Below are positions 51,895-63,440 of a stretch of DNA of 64,000 nt, piece after piece. Origin of the DNA: Octopus vulgaris (Eukaryota); NCBI GenBank assembly GCA_951406725.2, contig OX597815.1, positions 80,538,001 through 80,602,000 of the forward strand, given 5' to 3'. Made by a program: the position numbers and the translations under genes. The notes beneath the pieces are model-generated. The model searched no databases. It was not told the origin of the DNA and worked only from the letters and a program-made list of their open reading frames with translations. The stretch's first letter is position 1. Every line of letters begins with the position of its first letter.

Positions 51895-52119
51895 GTCTCC
51901 TAAGGGCCAGTTTTCCGGTTTCTATGGCATATAAATTCCCCACCTGGACAGGCAACCGGTCTGTCGCAGAATTTCTCATTTTTGTCAGCTGAGTGGACTG
52001 GAACAACGTGAAATGAAGAGTTTCACTCAAAAGCACGACGCGCCGCCCCGTCCAGGGATCGAGACCACAATCTTACGATCATGAGCCCAACACCCTAACC
52101 AGTAAACCACCCGCCTCCA
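51895..52119 (-). mobile_element. SINE family C (tRNA-derived, distinct body)
   Basis: Minus strand: GGAGGCGGGTGGTTTACTGGTTAGGGTGTTGGGCTCATGATCG...GGTCTCGATCCC (A/B boxes), then CTTCATTTCACGTTGTTCCAGTCCACTCAGCTGACAAAAATGAG. Confidence 0.75.
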
Positions 52120-52330
52120 AAGTCCTGATTAATTATCACCTATAAATAAAACCGTTCCACACTTGAGCATCAACCTTTTATAGGGGTATTTGAAACTAAT
52201 GTGTCTTTTTATTTCAGACTGTAGGAATGTGATTTGAGAAGCTGTTGACTGTTATTTCGAGCGGATCGTCTGAGGTTCGCCCGTTGTCTCACGATAAGCC
52301 ACATTTTTGCAAGCGTCATGGCGTAATCAA

Positions 52331-52635
52331 TCATTCTCTCGTTAAGTTATAGGCTAGGATTGTGATACAATCATTCTTTCGCTATAGTATTGTCTAGCGG
52401 TATGGAGTAATCATTCTCTTCTTAAGTTATTCGCTAGAGGTGGTAAATAGCCATGTTCTTGTTGGTTTGTTAGCTAGTTGCCTGAAATCATTATTCATTT
52501 GTTAAGTTATTTGCTTGAAGCGTGAAGTATTCATGCGCATGTTAAGTTATTGGCTAGAGGCATGAAATATTCAGACTCCCGTAAAGCAATTGCCTAGAGG
52601 TGTGATGTAATCATTCTCCTATTAAGTTATTAGTT
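52331..52635. repeat. Diverged 40-bp minisatellite, ~7.6 units
   Basis: Units start at 52331, 52371, 52411, 52451, 52491, 52531, 52571 and 52611. Approximate consensus TCATTCTCTTGTTAAGTTATTGGCTAGAGGTGTGAAATAA. Confidence 0.85.
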
Positions 52636-52697
52636 GCCTTTTTGAATGTTGACGAGCCCCAGGCTCAATGTCAAATTTCAGATATTTACACAGCAGA

Positions 52698-52742
<45 letters not shown>

Positions 52743-52927
52743 TATTTAGGGCTAAAAACCACTATGTGGACAGCCATATATGTATATATATATGAGAAAC
52801 AGAGATGACAAAGGAATGAATGATTATCTTATGAACTTCATTAGCTTACAGCTGTTTCTACTATAAGATGCAGTGAACTCACAAGTGAATGCCTGAATAA
52901 CACCTTTATCATAATCGGAGCCTCGAA

Positions 52928-52981
<54 letters not shown>

Positions 52982-54019
52982 CTGATTATGCGGCATTGAA
53001 CGAATAAGACAAATTATCCTTTCAGTATGACATAGTACTTACCACAGAACACTGCCAACTTGCAACATCTAAGTGCTTCTAACAGGCTGGTAACTGAAAA
53101 TGATGTATTCTACACGAAACCAGTTTAACCAACTGAAGAGTATATTAGTACTTAGTCATGTGATGCACTACAAACTTTCTCCTTCCTTGGTATTTGTTAT
53201 GAAAATAGACAGAAAACGGGCGGGAATAGCACGTTGCTCGGATCTCTCTTATTGAAGAGTCACATGAGTAGACGCACGAAAAATTGATGGAGAGAACACC
53301 ATTTTGGAAATCATTTAGTTACATTGCTCCTTCTTGAGTGACTTTTGATGATGATGAGTCGGTGGTGGTAATGATGATAATGAAAATCATCATGGTGATA
53401 ACGACGACGACTGCTACGAAGCGGACGATGTCTTTATTATTGTTTTGTTAAAGTTGACATTGTTTACGCAAGCAATTGGTCATATGTCTTCTTGGGCATG
53501 GTTATCTCAGCTTCTTTCCGATATGTATTAACCATTTGTAACATAAGGGATGTTAGCTGCAATTTTTAGCAATTTTTAGCAGGTCGACGGACTAATAGAG
53601 GCTCTGAAAACGCTATGTTATACTGCTTTCCACCAGTGAAACTGTGACATAAAGGCGCATTCGTTGATTATGCAATGCACACTATTCTTTTATCGGAGTT
53701 TATGTTTACCTACTCACTGTATTTATTCACAGAATATTTGATGAAGCCGACATGACTCACATGTATGGCCATGGGTAGCAGTGTAAAGCCAGTTTATACT
53801 GTACCTTTGACCATCAGCTTTCTTTTCATCGACTCGTCTAGTTGCTATTCTGCTTCTTTTTCTCTCAATCTACCAAATCTATTTTAATTTCTTAGCCTGT
53901 ACCTCATAATCTGTCTCTTTTCTTCCTCTTTCCTCTGTTACCTCTTATTTTTCTTTATTTCTCGCTCCACCTCTCTCTTTCCTCTCTCTATCTGTATCTC
54001 TCCCATCTCTCTCTGTTTC

Positions 54020-54877
54020 TCTGTATGTATATATGTATGCAAATATGTGTGTATATATATATATGTGTGTGTGTATGTATATATATATATATTTATATAT
54101 GTATATATGTTTATATATGTATATATATATATTTATATATGTATATATATATATATGTATGCATATATATATATGTATATATGTATATATGTATTTATAT
54201 ATGTATATATATATTTATATATATATATGTATGCATATATATATATATATGTATTATGTATGTATATGCGATTTAAATTAGGGTTTCGACTATTATTTCC
54301 AGCAGGTAGACATAGTCAGTATGTTCTTTGATTAATTCTAATTATCTTCATATACATATATATTTTTTCTGTCTAGTTTCAGCTCAGAGCTGCGGCCATG
54401 CTGGTGCACCGCCGTTTTGCTACAATGTCGTTACTGAGAGCCTCCTCTAATATGTGGGACTTGGCGATGAATGGAGTTTGATGTAGCTACCTTGATTTGC
54501 ACCTCTTGCCGTGAGGTAGGTTCAAATGAGACTCTCGACAGGAAGACGTCCAGCTTTGATTTAAAAACGCCTACATCTACTTTGTGCAGGTTCTTCAGGT
54601 TCTTTGGGATAATATTAAAAATCTGTGGGCCACTGAAACCCAGACTGTTGCAGTAACTGGTCCTGAAGCGCAATGGCGTAGCTGGGATCCTTGGCACCAT
54701 GCAGTGTTGTCCCGTTCTGGCATTGGTGTAGCTTTCAATGCCAAAGTTTGGCAAAATTCCTTCCAGGATCTTCCAGATATATATTGCTGTATACCTCTCC
54801 CGTCTTCTCTCCAAGGAGTAGAGTCTTAGCTGTTTCAACCTTTCCCAGTAGCTGAGCTGTTACAAATAGACGATCTT

Positions 54878-54918
<41 letters not shown>

Positions 54919-55350
54919 TCATATATGTATATATATATGTGTGTATGTATATATAGATGTATATATGTATATATATGTATGTACATGTATATATATGTAT
55001 GTATATATATATATGTATATGTATATATGTATATATATTTATATATATGTATATATATGCATATATATATGTATATATATTTATATATACATATGTGTAT
55101 ATATGTTGATATATATTTATATATATATATATGTATATATATGTATATATATACATATATATATATGTGTATATATGTTTATATATATGTATATGTGTAT
55201 GTACATTTGTATATATGTATTTATATGTTTATATATATAGGTATATATGTGTATACATTTTTGCATATATATGTTTGTATATATATACATGTATATATAT
55301 ATGTATATATATATATATACATAAGTATATATAAATATATTTACATATAT
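54020..55350. repeat. Cryptic (TA/TG) low-complexity tracts flanking the LINE fragment
   Basis: 54020-54270 and 54880-55350 are degenerate TATATG-type repeats. They are the source of many spurious Y/I/C-rich ORFs. Confidence 0.9.
54365..54880 (-). mobile_element. 5'-truncated CR1/L2-group LINE 3' end (ORF2 C-terminus plus tail)
   Basis: ORF 54431..54838(-), preceded by QLSYWE, reads [25 protein letters not shown]...GPQIFNIIPKNLKNL..VGVFKSKLDVFL. This is the typical post-RT C-terminus of CR1-group LINEs. A short 3' tail follows: GGCGGTGCACCAGCATGGCCGCAGCTCTGAGCTGAAAC. Confidence 0.85.
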
Positions 55351-56704
55351 ATCCCACTCTTCTACTTGTTCTGACTAGCTTTCATCCCGCTTTCTCTTAC
55401 CTTTCTCTCGTCGCTTTCTTGTCTTTAATTTACGAAAACGAAAGACACATAACATTTTCCAAGGGAGAATCTAAACATTTACCCCTCCCCTCACCTAGTA
55501 GTTCACGTAAAGCCTTTTGTTTAAAATTTAAGAACATTACCGATGTGATGTTAGTGACAATAGTGCGAGAAATAAATTGGCAACAGTGCGACAAGATTTC
55601 TTTTTGTTTAAAACGCTTTAAAAAAAACAGAAAGCAATAAACCGGTTAAATCACATGTTATGTATTAGAATGGTATTTCACGAATATACAAATAGAGGGA
55701 ATTTGTAAAATACACGTAATTTCGTTTTTGTTAATTCTGTGAGAATCCGGTCTTTTTCAAGGTTGTTAGGTTGGTATTTTATTTAACAAGTATGTTTAGA
55801 AATAACTAAATATATAGACAAAAATAAACCTAAATTCAGAAGAAAAGATCTCATATGTTTTATAATTAATTGGTTATATCGGGGTCGTGAGCGTAAATGG
55901 CTGACTCCGTAGCATAATACCTCAACAATCAACCGAAAAGACGGAAGTTCGTGCGTAAAGTGATCGGTACGTGGCCCAGCGTCCTTTAATTATTAACTCG
56001 TTAACAGCTGAATCACACCAAACTGTAAATAGAGCTCGCAGTAACCAAAGCTAGCACTATAGAAGCGATGTGTGTTTTATTAATTTGATCTTGAGCTTAA
56101 GTCTTTCTGACGGCCTGGACAAGGCAGTGAGAATGATAAACCACAACTGCACACAACACTTAAACCTCTTAGCAATCCACTAAGTATATATGACTAATTA
56201 TCGCAACATTTCTTTTATGGGATGGGCATAAGAGCTTATATTCTCTTTACTGTGTTACGTAGGAGCAAACCTAAATATTAGACATTTATTTTCCATTCTA
56301 TACATCTTAGTTGTTGTGCTTTCAGTTTCTCAAGAATTAGGAATTTCAGAATAAATATAAATTATACCAAAAGTTGATATGTGTGTAATTAATCTGAGAG
56401 GTTAAAATAAGTAGGCATATTTGCTACCAACATGACCGACGTATCTCTTTACAAAATACAGATAATTTGGTAGTGAGTCTCAACATATATAATGTAAAGA
56501 GGTGGAAAAACCTCGACGTAAACGTCCATTGTTTTCACCAGATTCTGTATTGTGTACACTGTTCAAAAATTTTGATCATCTGATTCTATTGAATTTAACT
56601 CTCTTCTTTATACTTTTCAAAACACCCTTCGATGTGTGATTTGGTTACAAACAGCTTGGATTATCTCAGCTGATCGATGGTTGATCAATAGTGCCCTGTA
56701 TACC

Positions 56705-56762
<58 letters not shown>

Positions 56763-57009
56763 TCATCAGTCTTAACCTTGCCAGCAGCGTATATTATTTT
56801 ACGCTGAGGAGATAGATACTAATACCGATACGTGTCTGTGGTTTTTACCAGTTGACTTCAAAAACAAGATCCACTCCCGTCCGTACTGTTTGTATTGTCC
56901 AAGGCTTTTGATTAATTGGTGTTATTGGAGTTACATCTCTTTCCTATCTTTTATTTAATTTCTTTTAGATTAGATACCTCTAAAGGAGTAGGAATAGACT
57001 AATTCTTTG

Positions 57010-57366
57010 GATAATCTCAGTTGATCGAAGTTTTTCAACATACTTTATTAAATATATAAAACGTTATTGCATATCTATCTCGTAGTAGGTTACCATAATA
57101 TAAATTCCACGACTGAGTTTGCAATTACATTGTCATAAATTAGGCAACTTAAATGTTTAACTGCTGTAACATTCAAACTTTCCACAAACAGATACTTTAT
57201 TTCAAAGGTAGTTTTGTAATTCTAGTTATTTCTATTTAATGTCGAGATATGACATAACAACATATCATATTAGAATCATCAGAAGACGTAAAGGCAATGC
57301 AGGGAAGGTTAGAACGAACAAAGAAGAGGAAGAAGAAGAGAATACACTGGAGCGAGAAGAAAAGTG

Positions 57367-57425
<59 letters not shown>

Positions 57426-58656
57426 TTGCAGAAGACACTTGACCAAGTTGACGTGAAGTGGGACTGAACCTAAAACTACAGTCACGACTGCTCCTATAAA
57501 CACACATCTATTTTGCTGCCATCTAATGGAAGAAAAATTAAAATCAGACAACACACAAAACAGAATATAACAGAGCCACCATAATTTTTCACTAGTTTTT
57601 GACTGAGGATCAAGGCAAGTTCAGCGCCATTAATGAAAAGAATTGCGAATTCGTTCCATCGAGGCCGAATTTTGTTCTCCAAGACAATAAACAACATGCA
57701 CACTAAATTAAACGAAAAATTAGCTTGTAAGGCTCAATGTTTTCTCCTTATTTGGTGGTGACACTACACAAAAAAAAATAATTTTATTATACATTATACA
57801 TATGTGTGTGCTGCGTGTACCGATCCTAAACCATACACTTGCAACGTTAAATTCTAAAATTTAGTCTTCAAGTTATTATAAAAATAAAAATATAAAAATG
57901 AATATAAAACTTCGAATATTGAATTGATTAAACATTACATATATATTTAAACGAATGAAATATAGTTAGGCTATATTAAGAACATCAATCCAAATGATTT
58001 TATAATTTATTTATTTATTTTTGCTCAATAATACTGAAGACGTGTAATCATTTATATATAGGGATCTTTTGTTATGAAGGAATTCGTATGACATATAATC
58101 TACATTTAAATTCTTTTATGCAAATTTAATTCTCCTCAACCCAGTGGAAGTTGCAGATTTTCAGGTTTGCTGGATTGACGAATATATTAAGGATAATTTC
58201 TCTGAAGGCTTGTCAGGCAGAAAAAGAAAAAAAAAAGAAAGAAAGAAAAGAAAAAGAGAGCTCTAGCTTAATATAATGCATAAAGAATTCTTTTGAGCGG
58301 CGGATGTAGATATCATTTGAATAAGAACGGAGCGGAAACAACCTACTATTAATTGAACTTATTGCGGTTAGAACTCACACATTGATATACACTCGCACAC
58401 GCGCGCGCACATTGACATACAGAAGTAAAAAAGTAACTTTGCTGGGTACATTTTTAAAAAATAAATTATACCAGGTGTATTCAATGAAACTTTATCAAAA
58501 CAAAACAAAAAAAAATTCATCCAAAATTTTATACCTATTGAAATTTATTAAGTGAAGGTATTAAGTGAAGTTTCGTGTAATGTTGTAATCGTATCTAGTT
58601 TGGCCTATATTCTATTAGATAAATGAGATGAAAAACTACGATCAACTGAGATTATC
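57010..58656. mobile_element. Possible old DNA transposon defined by 28-bp inverted repeats
   Basis: GATAATCTCAGTTGATCGAAGTTTTTCA (57010-57037) versus TGAAAAACTACGATCAACTGAGATTATC (58629-58656) is a 27/28 inverted match. No TSD or transposase is seen. Confidence 0.45.
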
Positions 58657-58823
58657 TCGGTAATTAGTATACCGCAACAAATGAAATTAAGGCTATTTAA
58701 AACCTATAAACGACAATGGTTGTAACTTCAGTATGATCAACTAACCAACATAATTGAAAATATAAGTGATGCAGTTGGGATTTGATCGTAAGTTTAAAAC
58801 ATCAAGGTGTAACGCATTGGATG

Positions 58824-58879
<56 letters not shown>

Positions 58880-58911
58880 GGGTATGTGTGATCGTGTATA
58901 GAATAATATAT

Positions 58912-59345
58912 TAATAAAAGGAATTCCAACCTTGTCTGATTTTCACGTTTTATTTACAATCTTATAATGATATAATATAAGATAATATAATATAACAAAA
59001 TAAAATAAAATAATAGAATGTTAAATGTTCATTCTGATTGAACTAGTACTTTCATGCATTAAATTCTGCAATCTTCAGGTTCATGTAGTAGTGGTGACAG
59101 TCATGCTTCACAATTTTTGACTGAGAACATTTTTGACAGTCAAAAATTGTGAAGCATGACTGTCACCACTACTACATGAACCTGAAGATTGCAGAATTTA
59201 ATGCATGAAAGTACTAGTTCAATCAGAATTAACATTTAACATTCTATTATTTTATTTTATTTTATTTTATTTTATTATCTTATATTATATCATTATAAGA
59301 TTGTAAATAAAACGTGAAAATCAGACAAGGTTGGAATTCCTTTTT

Positions 59346-59350
<5 letters not shown>
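58912..59350. mobile_element. Palindromic foldback/MITE-like element (~210-bp arms, 13-nt spacer)
   Basis: Arm 58912-59123 is the reverse complement of 59137-59350 with only a few mismatches. The spacer is AGAACATTTTTGA. The element lies between (TA)n tracts. Confidence 0.85.
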
Positions 59351-59396
<46 letters not shown>

Positions 59397-59569
59397 CGAT
59401 CTTAAAATATTCCGTAATGATATAAAAAATATTTGGCTATATTGTAAGAAATATAAACTGAATATATTGTCTGCGTTTGTGTGTGAGTGCGTGTGTTTGT
59501 GCGCACGCTTTTACACATAAACATATATATGTATATATATAATTACACACACATACAGACAGACAGTGA

Positions 59570-59965
59570 CAGTATGGAAAGGAGCTTTCTTCCCAGCCAT
59601 ATGGTTCCGGGTTAGTCCCATTGCATGGCACCTTGAGCATGTGTTTTCTCCTGTAGCCTAGGGCCGAGCAAAGCCGTGTGAGTGGATTTGGTAGACGGAA
59701 ACTGAAAGAAGCTCGTCGTGTATGTATGTAGATGCGTGTGTTTGTGTGTGTGTGTCTTTGTGTTTGACCTTCTATCAACGCTTAACAAGCGGTTTTGATG
59801 TGTTTACATCTCTGTAACATAGGTGATCGTTAAAAGAGACAGACATAATAAGTACTAGGGTCAAGAAATAAGTGCTGGAGTTGATTGGTTCGACTTAAAT
59901 CCTTCAAGTGGGTACTTCAGCATGGCCGCTGTCAGATAACTGAAACAAATAAAAGAATAAAAGAA
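59570..59965 (+). mobile_element. SINE family B, immediately followed by the mariner insertion
   Basis: GGCACCTTGAGCATGTG, GTGGATTTGGTAGACGGAAACTGAAAGAAGC, and tail CAGCATGGCCGCTGTCAGATAACTGAAACAAATAAAAGAATAAAAGAAT. Confidence 0.85.
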
Positions 59966-59980
59966 TATATATATATATAT

Positions 59981-61213
59981 CAGGTCATCCCATAAGTTCT
60001 GTCTGATTTTACCTTTTTTAAAATTTAATGAAATTTAATAGTATTTTAGGATGTCTAAGGGAATTTAAAATTATTTTTATGCATTTGTGTACATTTAAAT
60101 TAATTAAATATTATTTTACAGAATAATAGAATTAACATTTCTTTGATTAAAACCCTTTCTAACATGAAAGTATCCAAAGAGCATTTGAGGCACATAATGC
60201 TTTATGAGTAGAAAGAAGGAAACTCTGTAGCCGAAGCGACTCGAAATATACACTCAGTTTATGGGAAAGAATACTTGAATGAAAGAACTTACAGAAGATG
60301 GTTTGCAAAATTCGGAAGTGAGATTTCAGCCTTGAAGATGCAGATCGAACAGGACGTCCAGCTGAGTTTGATGAAGAAAATCCAACATTATCTTGAAAAA
60401 AATCCTGCATTATCAGTTGAAGAATTGGCAATAAAGCTTAGTTCAAACGATTCAACTGTTCATTGTCATCTTCAACAACTTGGAAAGGTTTCTAAACTTG
60501 GAAAATGTGTGCCTCATGAATTGTCTGAAAGCAAGCGCAAATCCCGTGTTGACATCTGTTCTTCTCTCCATTCTCGCGAACTCATTTCACCCTTTTTGGA
60601 TAGAGTTGTAACTGGTGACGAAAAATGGATTTTCTATCGAAATGTTAAACGTCGTAAACAGCGGCTTGGTAAAAGGGAAAAGGCTCAACCACAACCGAGA
60701 AGGGAACTTCATGGGAAAAAGTGTCTTATCTCTATCTCGTGGTATTGCAAAGTAGTAATTCACTTTCAATTGTTACCACCTAATGCAACAATCAATGCTC
60801 AAGTTTACTGTTAGCTTTGAAGAAAAAAAGACCCGCTTTAGTGAATCGAAAAGGAGTGATGTTTCATCAGGACAATGCGCGACCCCATGCTGCAAAGATC
60901 ACATCACAGAACATCGAAGAGCTTGGTTGGGAAAAAATTCCTCGTCCAATTTATTCTCCCGACCTTGCTCCTTCAGACTACCATTTATTTTGTAGTTTAC
61001 AGAATCATCCAGGAGGAGGTCGAACTGACATTTCAGAGTTCTTCGCTTTGAAACCAAAAGAGTTTTACATTAAAGGGATTTAAAATCTTATAAATAGATA
61101 GAAGGAAGTTATAGATAATCAGGGAAAGTATATTGATGATTAAATTTCAATTAAATATACCATTTGATCACTTGTTTTTTTACTCAAAATTTGGACAGAA
61201 CTTATAGAATGAC

Positions 61214-61216
<3 letters not shown>
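59981..61216 (+). mobile_element. Near full-length mariner (DD34D) element, inactive
   Basis: TIRs CAGGTCATCCCATAAGTTCTGTCTGATTTT (59981) and AAAATTTGGACAGAACTTATAGAATGACCTG (ending 61216). Both ends are embedded in (TA)n. Length is ~1.24 kb. Confidence 0.95.
60164..61143 (+). pseudogene. Mariner transposase pseudogene (frameshifts and stops)
   Basis: Starts MKVSKEHLRHIMLYE* at 60164. ORFs 60275..60814 and 60817..61083 contain CVPHEL (WVPHEL motif), VTGDEKW, FHQDNARPH and YSPDLAPSDYHLF. Ends GKYIDD* at 61143. Confidence 0.95.
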
Positions 61217-61241
<25 letters not shown>

Positions 61242-61247
<6 letters not shown>

Positions 61248-61519
61248 TTCGTTTCTCATTGTGTTCGATGTTTTTTTGGTGTCCTGTACCCATATATGCA
61301 TGTATATATATACATGTAGATGTAGGTACGTACATATATGTATATATATATGCATGTTTTATTTATTAATTTGTTATTATATGACGGAACGCACGCATCC
61401 ATTTCTAAGTAAGTTTGTTCCTAATATTAATAATGATGCGCATTCGTAATCTTCCTGTCCCCCTCCCTTTCTCAGCCTTCATTCTTTCTGGTTTCCTTTT
61501 CTTCTACACTACTGTCTCT

Positions 61520-61559
<40 letters not shown>

Positions 61560-62214
61560 ATTCTTCATTCTTTCTGGTTTTCTCTACAACCGTTCCCTTT
61601 CCCCCCACCTCTCTCTTACTCCTCCTCTGTCTCGTCGTTGACCAGCGACGAGGAAAAACTACTGTCTTTCTGACCTCGCTTCTCTCGAGTGTAGACGGCT
61701 TTTCTGTGTCTCTCTCTGCCGTTCTCAACAAGCGTTCGTAATATTTTCTCTCGTTTGGCTTAAGGTCCTCATTGTCTGTGTTACTGTTATTCTCCTTGCC
61801 CTGTCTTTTACTGTTTATAATTTGTACTGTCTTTACTGTTCTGTTTTTGTTACCATTTTTACCCCTCCGCAAAAAAATCTCAAATTTTATTTAATTTGCT
61901 TTTTGCGGGAAGGAAAGTTTCATTAAAGTCGTGTCTCGCCTTGACCTTCGAAACGCGGTGTAGATAAAACAGAGACGACTGAAGAAGGGGAATTTTCCTT
62001 GTGTTGTATGCCCTGTACTCTATTTTTTCGTTGTTTAAGAAAAATGTCCATTTCCTTGGTTTTGTATTTATGTTTTCGTTTCTCATTGTGTTCGACGTTT
62101 TTTTTTTTTGGTGTCCTGTACCCATATATGCATGTATATATACATGTAGATGTAGGTACGTACATATATGTATGTATATATGCATATATTTTATTTATTA
62201 CTTTGTTATTATAT
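61242..62214. mobile_element. Non-coding Penelope-like remnant with ~140-bp direct terminal repeats (pseudo-LTR-like)
   Basis: 61242-61382 and 62069-62214 are near-identical direct repeats (TATGTTTTCGTTTCTCATTGTGTTCGA...GTAGATGTAGGTACGTAC...TTGTTATTATAT). The interior has a hairpin (CCGCAAAAA...TTTTTGCGG, ~61867-61908) and hammerhead-like half motifs. The PLE assignment is inference. Confidence 0.55.
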
Positions 62215-62499
62215 ATATATATATATTTGTAAGATAAAATGGTTTCAAACCGCAAAAAGAAGAAAATGATCTGAGAACGTTACCGTGGGTAAAAACTTGA
62301 AAGTATTCACGCATTCATCAAAATATAAAATATGTCACCGTTTTCAGTCGCTTAACAAGAGGATTCAATCATGCTTTAAATAAAAGGAAAATAAATCGAT
62401 ATAAGTTAAATCAATCTTTCATGATATCAACTCTGGCATTTCACGTTTTTCTTACAAAAATCACGTGGTTTTATTCCTCTTTCTAACTGTTGCTGGTTT

Positions 62500-62524
62500 G
62501 TAGTAGTTGTAGTAGTAGTAGTAA

Positions 62525-62557
<33 letters not shown>

Positions 62558-62563
62558 ATATAA

Positions 62564-62608
<45 letters not shown>

Positions 62609-62618
62609 ATATGGTAGC

Positions 62619-62656
<38 letters not shown>

Positions 62657-62685
62657 CAATAGTAGCTGCAGCAGTGACAGTAATA
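62500..62685. repeat. (AGT)n microsatellite
   Basis: GTAGTAGTA run with a repeated AGATAT interruption. Confidence 0.9.
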
Positions 62686-62737
62686 GGAAGATTTGCTTTT
62701 AGTAGTGGCTGTTGCAGTCGATAGTTGTCTCCCTTAC

Positions 62738-63440
62738 TATTCGATAGATATTTAAAGGCAGTCGATATTTGATTTTGAAAGTCGTTTCTTTGTTGATACG
62801 TTGTTGTGCTGTGTAATAGCTGAACTGATTAAGGAGAAAACTATATAAGCTGGTTGTTTCTTATCTCCACATATGTCCTGTATGTTCAATTTCTCTGCAT
62901 TCCCGTATTATAATTCATGATTTATGCAGTCATGTATAATCTTAGGGACCCTTTGGTTTGTTCTATATTATGCTCTTAACATATTTAGCATATAACTGCT
63001 TAGATTAGGCTTTCAGACGCACAAGTAAAGTTATTTTTTGTGAAGACTTGTCCTTGTTTAAAATGGATTGATGTTCCTTCTGTCAAATTAAAAGATATAT
63101 TACAATTGAAATTTTCGCATTGTTTTAATTTGTTCTGCTGTAATTACGTCTAGTTTGGCCTTTGTTAGTAATATTTCATTGATTTTGGTTGTATTTTACT
63201 CTTTACGATGATATGTATTTGGTGGATTTGGTTCATCCTGAGGTCCTTTTCGAGAGTCGGTATATTTTGGAATATGATGTTGTAAGCTCCACCGTTTGTG
63301 GGTTTGTAGCTGGAAATGTGAGATAGAAAATTCAGTTCCGACATGTTTCTTTGTTTACCTTAGTTCTTGGATATTGAATTACTTGGCTCATTGTATTTAA
63401 TTATCTATTGAAGAATTTTAAGGAATATGCCTGTATGTAT
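62738..63440 (-). pseudogene. Penelope-like element RT C-terminus / GIY-YIG endonuclease remnant
   Basis: Manual minus-strand translation with stops and frameshifts: SHISSYKPTNGGAYNIIFQNIPTLEKDLRMNQI..IVKSKIQPKSMK.LLTKAKL...EGTSIHFKQGQVFT.NNFTCASESLI*AVIC*IC*EHNIEQTKGSLR...QRINKETTFKIKYRLPLNI. This matches the PLE layout (xCxSxNLIYxIxCxxCxxxYIGQT). It is not in the ORF track. Confidence 0.75.

Noticed and set aside
52331-52635. CRISPR array
   Set aside because: The context is eukaryotic, whole 40-bp units are mutually similar with no identical repeats or unique spacers, and no cas genes are present.
60164-61143. SETMAR-like domesticated transposase gene
   Set aside because: Multiple stops and frameshifts, intact TIRs and no SET exon indicate an ordinary dead mariner copy.
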